IMG/VR virus record: IMGVR_UViG_3300014885_000009
Span: 1 to 30,113 of that record
Strand: one strand, 5' to 3'
From: a virus
Lineage: Duplodnaviria; Caudoviricetes
Length of the DNA: 30,113 nt
Shown: positions 24,748-30,113 of the stretch, piece after piece
How the letters are laid out: each line of letters starts with the position of its first letter
Position numbering within the stretch: position 1 is the first letter of the stretch
Notes under the pieces: generated by a model
The model's database searches: none
Told to the model about the DNA's origin: nothing
The model's input: only the letters and a program-made list of their open reading frames with translations
Program-made: the position numbers and the translations under genes

Positions 24748-25935
24748 ATGCCCGTCATCCAATCCAGCACAGAAATCCAGACGTACTCAGACGCCGTTCA
24801 GTACGTTCTCGACGCGCACGCGCTGGGCCGCACTCCCACAAACGAACGCCACGCACGCTCCGCCATCCGCCGCGCCTATCGCGACCTCCCCAACAAGCAC
24901 GCCTGGAACTATTACTACCGCCAGCGGTTGCTCCAAACCGTCGCGGACTATGCGACCGGGACCATCGTATTCGATTTTGCAGGCGGGGCACACGAACGGA
25001 TGTTGACGCTCACCACGGGAACCTGGCCATCGTGGGCAGCCTATGGTCGCGTCATTATCGACGACGTGCATTACGAAGTGGACGACCGCAAATCGGACTC
25101 CATCATCACCCTCACCGAAACCAGCAACCCCGGCGCTGACGTAGCCTCGACTACATTCACCATTTACCGCAACTCCTATCCGCTGCCGGCAGTGTTTGGA
25201 GTCATGGTCGGCCTCTGGGAAATTGGCGATCGGCTGCCCATCCACTTCGTAGATCAGAGAAACCAGCACCAATCCCTGCAAGAGTTCTACGAGAATCCTG
25301 GCACTCCCTGTCACGCCACGATCAGGGCCACTGGGAAATACCTAAGCGGGCAGGAAATTGTCTTTGGTCCGCCACCGTCTGAGGCGCTGACCTACGACAT
25401 GCTGTTCCAGTCGTACCCGCGCCCATTGAACATCGAGGAGTACAGCAACGCCACGGTGTCGATTACCTCTGGGGCGGCGACGGTCACAGGGGCCACTGGG
25501 GTCGTGTTCCCGACGACCTGCGCCGGTTCCGTGATTCGCTTCTCGTCTGGTGCGGTAAAGCCGACCGGGCCGCTGGGAGCGATCGACGGTGCAGAAAACC
25601 CGTTTGTCCATCAGGGCGTCATCAAGTCCAGGGATACCGCCACGCAACTGACGCTGGAAGAAGTCATGCCGACGACGATAGCCACCTTATCGGCCGTCGG
25701 CTACACGATCAGCGATCCCATCGACATCGACACGAACCGGATGCTGAGCGCTTTCCAACTGGCCTGCGAGGCGGATTTCTCCAGGCTGGCGGCACGCAAG
25801 GACATGCTGGAGAAGTCCCAAATGGCTGCTAGCGCCCTGCGGTTAGCGATGGAAGCCGATGAGCTAGTCGTCAACGCGCGCGGGAACGCCGTTCACGATC
25901 CATTCAAACGGACGCACGTAACCACTGAAGCGTAA
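24748..25935 (+). CDS. Probable head-tail adaptor / tail tubular protein with beta-rich insertions
   Basis: Helical N-terminus with AIRRAYRDL...HAWNY, YPLP and FGPPP motifs, and a helical C-terminus, as in gp4-like adaptors. Confidence 0.6.
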   Translation: MPVIQSSTEIQTYSDAVQYVLDAHALGRTPTNERHARSAIRRAYRDLPNKHAWNYYYRQRLLQTVADYATGTIVFDFAGGAHERMLTLTTGTWPSWAAYGRVIIDDVHYEVDDRKSDSIITLTETSNPGADVASTTFTIYRNSYPLPAVFGVMVGLWEIGDRLPIHFVDQRNQHQSLQEFYENPGTPCHATIRATGKYLSGQEIVFGPPPSEALTYDMLFQSYPRPLNIEEYSNATVSITSGAATVTGATGVVFPTTCAGSVIRFSSGAVKPTGPLGAIDGAENPFVHQGVIKSRDTATQLTLEEVMPTTIATLSAVGYTISDPIDIDTNRMLSAFQLACEADFSRLAARKDMLEKSQMAASALRLAMEADELVVNARGNAVHDPFKRTHVTTEA

Positions 25936-26396
25936 TGGACGTTCACGAAAAATTCCTTGATGAACTGGTCGAAAAAACCAAAGGACTCGCGCTCGGCTTC
26001 CCAGAGTCGGAAATACGCAATCGCCGCCTGGAGCATAAAGTTGAATCCGATGGCCGTGTTACAATCCAGACCTGGGAACAGGGCGTCACATTTTTCCCGA
26101 TGCAGGAGGCCGAATCAGCCGGAACCAACCTACGAGAAGACATAGGCTACGGGTGCGGGTGCGTGATCGTGCTACCAGCCGATCATGGCTCCGCCGACAA
26201 TCTTGGGAAGGTGCTTGAAGCCCGCTCCAAGATTCGCCGCAAGTTCATTCATCAGCGGATGGATGCACTGCTGTCAGGCGGCATGTACCTGACAACGAAG
26301 GTGCAGCACCTTCCAATCAACCAACCACGCGATGGCCATCAGTACGAAGCGAGTTCTCTGTTAATCCGTTGCTGGATTCGGGAACCGCGAGGCTGA
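25935..26396 (+). CDS. Hypothetical virion protein (possible tail completion protein)
   Basis: 153 aa between the adaptor and tail tube genes. The functional call is positional only. Confidence 0.5.
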   Translation: MDVHEKFLDELVEKTKGLALGFPESEIRNRRLEHKVESDGRVTIQTWEQGVTFFPMQEAESAGTNLREDIGYGCGCVIVLPADHGSADNLGKVLEARSKIRRKFIHQRMDALLSGGMYLTTKVQHLPINQPRDGHQYEASSLLIRCWIREPRG

Positions 26397-26397
26397 C

Positions 26398-27312
26398 ATG
26401 GCTAGTGATGCACAAGGGGCACTTACTCGATTATTTGTCGAGCCTGGGGCTGCTCCGCACACATTCGACTCTAGCAGTGAAAGCTACGAGTACGTTTCGG
26501 AGTCGGTAAAGAAGCGTGGGCGAGTAATCGGGGCCACCGGGATTCGCGGCACGCGATCCAGTCCCAAGGAACGGGCGCGGCTGGGCGCTTACACCGTGGG
26601 CGGGCGGATCGTCTTCAATGTTGACCCCGGAATGCTCGACCTCTGGCTGCCTCGCATCTTGGGTGGCACGGAGAGCGTTGACGTTTTCCCGCTGGCCGAG
26701 ACGCTGCCTGAGTTCGGGCTGCTCTTTAACCGCGTCACAACGACGTTTGAATACAAGGCGTGCCAAGTAGCGCGGACTATGTTCCACGGGCAGGCTGGTC
26801 CTGGCGACGGCGACGTGAACTTGATCGAGATGGTGATCGAGGTCATGGCCAAGGATGAGGCCACCGGAACCAGCGCCCCCAGCGTAACGCTCAGCACGTC
26901 TGCGAACACAGCGCCCTACGTCCACTCCGACGCCACGTTCTCGTTCAATAGTGGCGCGCGTCAGCCGCGGGAATGGTGGGTGATGATTGACAACCACCTG
27001 CAAGCCAGGTGGGTCAACTCTCTGACGGCCACTCGAATCAGCGCCCGCGACCGTACCGTGGTCTGCCGTATCGCAGTTCCCTACGACGACGACGCGGCCA
27101 ACCTTTATACGCAATCAGCGGACGGCGCTTCAGGAACGGTCACGCTCACCAACGGCAACATGAGCACGCTGTTCACGTTTGCCAATCTCAAGCCCGTCAC
27201 GGAAAGCCCGGTGACGCCAGGTAAGACCGAACTCGAACTCTACGTGAACATGGTAGCTCGCATGGATGGAAGCACTCGCGAGCTTGTTGTGACCTCGGAT
27301 TCAACAGCCTAA
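26398..27312 (+). CDS. Phage tail tube protein
   Basis: 304 aa and beta-rich. SESVKK...GIRGTRS...VGGRIVF and FEYKACQV resemble tail-tube families. Confidence 0.7.
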   Translation: MASDAQGALTRLFVEPGAAPHTFDSSSESYEYVSESVKKRGRVIGATGIRGTRSSPKERARLGAYTVGGRIVFNVDPGMLDLWLPRILGGTESVDVFPLAETLPEFGLLFNRVTTTFEYKACQVARTMFHGQAGPGDGDVNLIEMVIEVMAKDEATGTSAPSVTLSTSANTAPYVHSDATFSFNSGARQPREWWVMIDNHLQARWVNSLTATRISARDRTVVCRIAVPYDDDAANLYTQSADGASGTVTLTNGNMSTLFTFANLKPVTESPVTPGKTELELYVNMVARMDGSTRELVVTSDSTA

Positions 27313-27903
27313 ATGCCACTCCCAGATGACATTCTCCCCGAAGACCCAAAAGACCCGCTTCCGCAGGGTGTTCAGCCTGCTGCGCCGCAAGAGAGCGAGG
27401 AGGTCGAGCAGACTTCCCAAGAGCAGCAGATCGAGGCCGATAGTTCGTTCGACGACCTGCGGCAGATTTCACAAAACACGTTTGAGGCGATGCAGGAAGC
27501 GGCTACGCCTGCCGAGCCGGATGAAGAACCGGAACTAGAGCCTCCGCCGCCACGCCAGCCGCCGCCGAATTCCGAGCCACCAGAAACCGCCAAGGCGTTC
27601 GACGAACTGAAGCAGCGGACAACTGCCGAGTTTCAAAGCAACGAAGAACCGCCCGGCACGCTTCAGGAGTATCTGGAGAAGCAGGCCGAGAGCGAGCCGG
27701 AAGAATTCGACACCAGTGAAATGCAGGATCAGCCGTTCGACGTTGACCTGAGCAGCATGGAAAGCGGTGGCGGTGGCCAAAAAGAAATTGGCTCGATCCT
27801 GAATTCCATCCTAGCCGTGGACACGGCCCAGACTGATATGCTGCTCGACCTGGAACAGAAATTCAACATGCTGCTCAGAAGGCTCGAAACGGGGAGGCTC
27901 TGA
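27313..27903 (+). CDS. Acidic Pro/Glu-rich low-complexity protein
   Basis: 196 aa abutting both neighbours, with a short C-terminal helix. Confidence 0.7.
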   Translation: MPLPDDILPEDPKDPLPQGVQPAAPQESEEVEQTSQEQQIEADSSFDDLRQISQNTFEAMQEAATPAEPDEEPELEPPPPRQPPPNSEPPETAKAFDELKQRTTAEFQSNEEPPGTLQEYLEKQAESEPEEFDTSEMQDQPFDVDLSSMESGGGGQKEIGSILNSILAVDTAQTDMLLDLEQKFNMLLRRLETGRL

Positions 27904-28653
27904 GTGGCAAGCCAGTTGATTTTTGGCAGTTTCGCATTCGAGGAAAACGAAGCCAACCTCGTTGGCGTTTCTAAGCGCACGCAGTACAGCCAGCGCAACA
28001 AAAAGCTCCAGCTAGTGAGGGAATGGAACGTCGAAGGCGAGATCAACGCGGCAACTCCGGCTGCCATCATCGCCCGCATCCAGGCGATCGAGAACGCTCT
28101 TGCCGTGGACGGCGGACAGGCTACTTACTCCATCGACGGCGCGGTAGCCCATCAACTCACCGCCAATTCCACCTCTGGCGTGCGCGTTGCCTATTCGGCA
28201 TTTCCCAAAGGTGACGCTGCGGAACTCTGCACGACGCGCACATTCGCCTTCAAGCTCCGGGCCGTGTACGACGCCCAGACGGAAGCCGGTGGCGACGACC
28301 TCGTGTTCTTCCAAGAGTCGATCAGCACGGAAGGCGACGGCAGCCCGTTGGTAATCGTCGTCACGGAATATCCCGGCGTGCAGACGGTAGGCGGATTGAG
28401 CGCCGTGGAGTTAGCGCCGCGCACGGCCGTTTATTACACGCAAACCGGAACGGCTGTCGGCTACTCGACTTATCCAGTTGCACCGCCGCCGTTCAATCCA
28501 GACGGGTTGTTTGGATACCTGACTCGCATCACTCGCATTGGCGGCCGGCAAGTCGGCAACGGCATCAGATTTTTTACGACCAAGTGGTTTTATCGGATGG
28601 GGAGGGACGTGGCAATTTTTGGCACCCTCGACCCTATCCCGACATCGAAATGA
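27904..28653 (+). CDS. Hypothetical tail-region protein, 249 aa
   Basis: GTG start with a GGAGG RBS, beta-rich. Confidence 0.65.
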   Translation: MASQLIFGSFAFEENEANLVGVSKRTQYSQRNKKLQLVREWNVEGEINAATPAAIIARIQAIENALAVDGGQATYSIDGAVAHQLTANSTSGVRVAYSAFPKGDAAELCTTRTFAFKLRAVYDAQTEAGGDDLVFFQESISTEGDGSPLVIVVTEYPGVQTVGGLSAVELAPRTAVYYTQTGTAVGYSTYPVAPPPFNPDGLFGYLTRITRIGGRQVGNGIRFFTTKWFYRMGRDVAIFGTLDPIPTSK

Positions 28654-28661
28654 GGTGAGTA

Positions 28662-30011
28662 ATGGCTACGCGCAGCTTCATCGGTGCCGGGGCAAATGTT
28701 CGGCAAACCTATTCCATTACGATGGCCGGCACGGGCGATTGGGTCGCAGCGGATACGGTTACCGCCACGGTCGCCAACATTGCTTTCGTGACCACGATCG
28801 GCTCGCTCCTCACCGACGCCCAAGTAGCCACAACGGTATTCCAGACGCTCAGCGGGGCTACTCTCACTGACACAACCGCCTCCGCCACGATTGGCACTGG
28901 TGACGTTGGCGCTACCGCTATCCCGCAATTCGGCACGTCCGAGTTCAACGCGACCAATCCTTCAACGGGAGTCGTGCTGCTCACGGGCGGCCCGGCCAGC
29001 CCCAGCCCGGCTTGGCTCGCTGGTAAGCCGTTCACGATTGCGATCACGGAAAATACAACCGGCGACGAAACAGCCACCGGGGCCGCAGTCGTCACTCCCA
29101 CCAGCCAGGCCCATTGGGACCAGCCGGATAATTGGAGCGGCAACACCGTCCCGATCGACAGCGACATAATCGCTTTCGACACCGGGAACGTAGACCTGCT
29201 CTACGCGCTGACGACTGCCATTCAGCCGCTCACGGTCAACAAGAGCAAGCAGTACACGGGCAGTGTAGGACTGGCGTATATCAACGTCGATAATCCGGCC
29301 AAGCCTTACGCCGAATATCGCACGCCCCTCTATCTCACATTCGACGACAACAGCATCACCACGACGCTGAATCTGGAAACAGGTACAGGGCAGGGCAGCA
29401 GCCGGTTCATGGTGGACAACGGAGCCGGGCAGGCGGTGGTAAACGTGCTTGGCAAGGGGTCGCGCAAAGACCTCGGCACACCTTGCATTCTGTGGAAGGG
29501 GACGAATGCGGCTAACATCGTGCGGAACATCGCTGGCGACATTGGCATCGCCTTCTACGCTGGAGAAACCGCAGTCGTTGCCACGCTGACGACCGGCGAT
29601 AGCTCGACCTCCCAAGCCGAGACAGTCTGCGGCAGCGGCGTCACGCTCACGACTGTCACGCTCAACGGCGGGAAGCAAGAGACGAGTTCTGCGATCACCA
29701 CGGCGGTTCAGAACGGCGGCAACTGGACGCATCTGCTGGGCACGGTCACGGCGCTGACGATCAACACGGGAACCCACTACCCCAACGGCGCAGCGACCTA
29801 CACGACTATCACCGTCCGCACTGGCGGCAAGCTCGACTGCTCAAAGGGGACGGCCAGCTTCGTCGTCACCAACCCGATTCAGCTTTTCAAGGGTGCAATT
29901 ATCAACGACCCCAATGGCCGGATGGGGAACTTCGCGTTCGTCTTGAACGGCTGCAACCTGGAAGACGTGACGATCATCACGCCGTATGGAAAAACTTTAA
30001 CTTTGTCGTAA
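28662..30011 (+). CDS. Thr/Gly/Ala-rich virion structural protein (possible spike/fibre, beta-solenoid-like C-terminus)
   Basis: 449 aa with a GAGGTG RBS. Contains WDQPDNWSGNTVP...D and repeated VTLTTVTLNGG-type strands. Confidence 0.65.
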   Translation: MATRSFIGAGANVRQTYSITMAGTGDWVAADTVTATVANIAFVTTIGSLLTDAQVATTVFQTLSGATLTDTTASATIGTGDVGATAIPQFGTSEFNATNPSTGVVLLTGGPASPSPAWLAGKPFTIAITENTTGDETATGAAVVTPTSQAHWDQPDNWSGNTVPIDSDIIAFDTGNVDLLYALTTAIQPLTVNKSKQYTGSVGLAYINVDNPAKPYAEYRTPLYLTFDDNSITTTLNLETGTGQGSSRFMVDNGAGQAVVNVLGKGSRKDLGTPCILWKGTNAANIVRNIAGDIGIAFYAGETAVVATLTTGDSSTSQAETVCGSGVTLTTVTLNGGKQETSSAITTAVQNGGNWTHLLGTVTALTINTGTHYPNGAATYTTITVRTGGKLDCSKGTASFVVTNPIQLFKGAIINDPNGRMGNFAFVLNGCNLEDVTIITPYGKTLTLS

Positions 30012-30113
30012 TGGCACCACAAATCGTAATCGACTACGGCGGCCTTACGGGTCGCGGCCTGACGGGCACCTTTACGCGCGGGGTTAGCCCCAGCACGTTC
30101 ACCCTCTACTGCA
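30011..30113 (+). CDS. Start of the next tail-region gene (3'-truncated)
   Basis: TAATG overlap, reading MAPQIVIDYGGLTGRGLTGTFTRGVSPSTFTLYC open to the window end. Confidence 0.55.
   Translation, partial: MAPQIVIDYGGLTGRGLTGTFTRGVSPSTFTLYC

Larger units (their letters stand above)
1..30113. mobile_element. Temperate tailed phage / prophage segment
   Basis: Capsid, terminase, portal, tail tube, integrase and repressor are all present. No host housekeeping genes or att boundaries are visible. Confidence 0.93.

Noticed and set aside
1-30113. CRISPR array, diversity-generating retroelement, retron, intron or intein.
   Set aside because: By eye I found no regularly spaced repeats, reverse transcriptase motif, TR/VR pair, split gene or intein termini.

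Overview
This window is a 30 kb segment of a temperate tailed phage or prophage. The host is probably a planctomycete, inferred from a DUF1580-like gene. From left to right it carries: (1) a beta-class DNA methyltransferase (5'-truncated), a tyrosine recombinase and a small ORF; (2) a leftward ~4 kb operon of small early-type genes (2862-6805), including a stand-alone DnaX-like AAA+ ATPase, driven from a divergent promoter/operator shared with an XRE/Cro repressor; (3) a ~850 bp non-coding gap that may be a genome end or pac region; (4) a leftward chain of translationally coupled small ORFs, three of them with twin-arginine-like N-termini; (5) a rightward virion module: scaffold, major capsid, decoration protein, EndoVII-type endonuclease, glycosyltransferase-methyltransferase fusion, TerS, TerL, portal, an inverted serine recombinase, adaptor, tail tube and further tail genes. 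The most striking signal is RNA-level architecture in the early operon. Three intergenic spacers contain a twister-like ribozyme, a type II hammerhead ribozyme and a tRNA-like element. Four leaders share a UAGUU-loop hairpin followed by a GGRGAAA(C) ribosome-binding site. The operon's 3' UTR folds into a small RNA carrying the complement of both motifs in antiparallel order. This suggests an undescribed multi-target antisense and self-cleavage circuit. All RNA folds and protein family calls were made by eye, and no searches were run.
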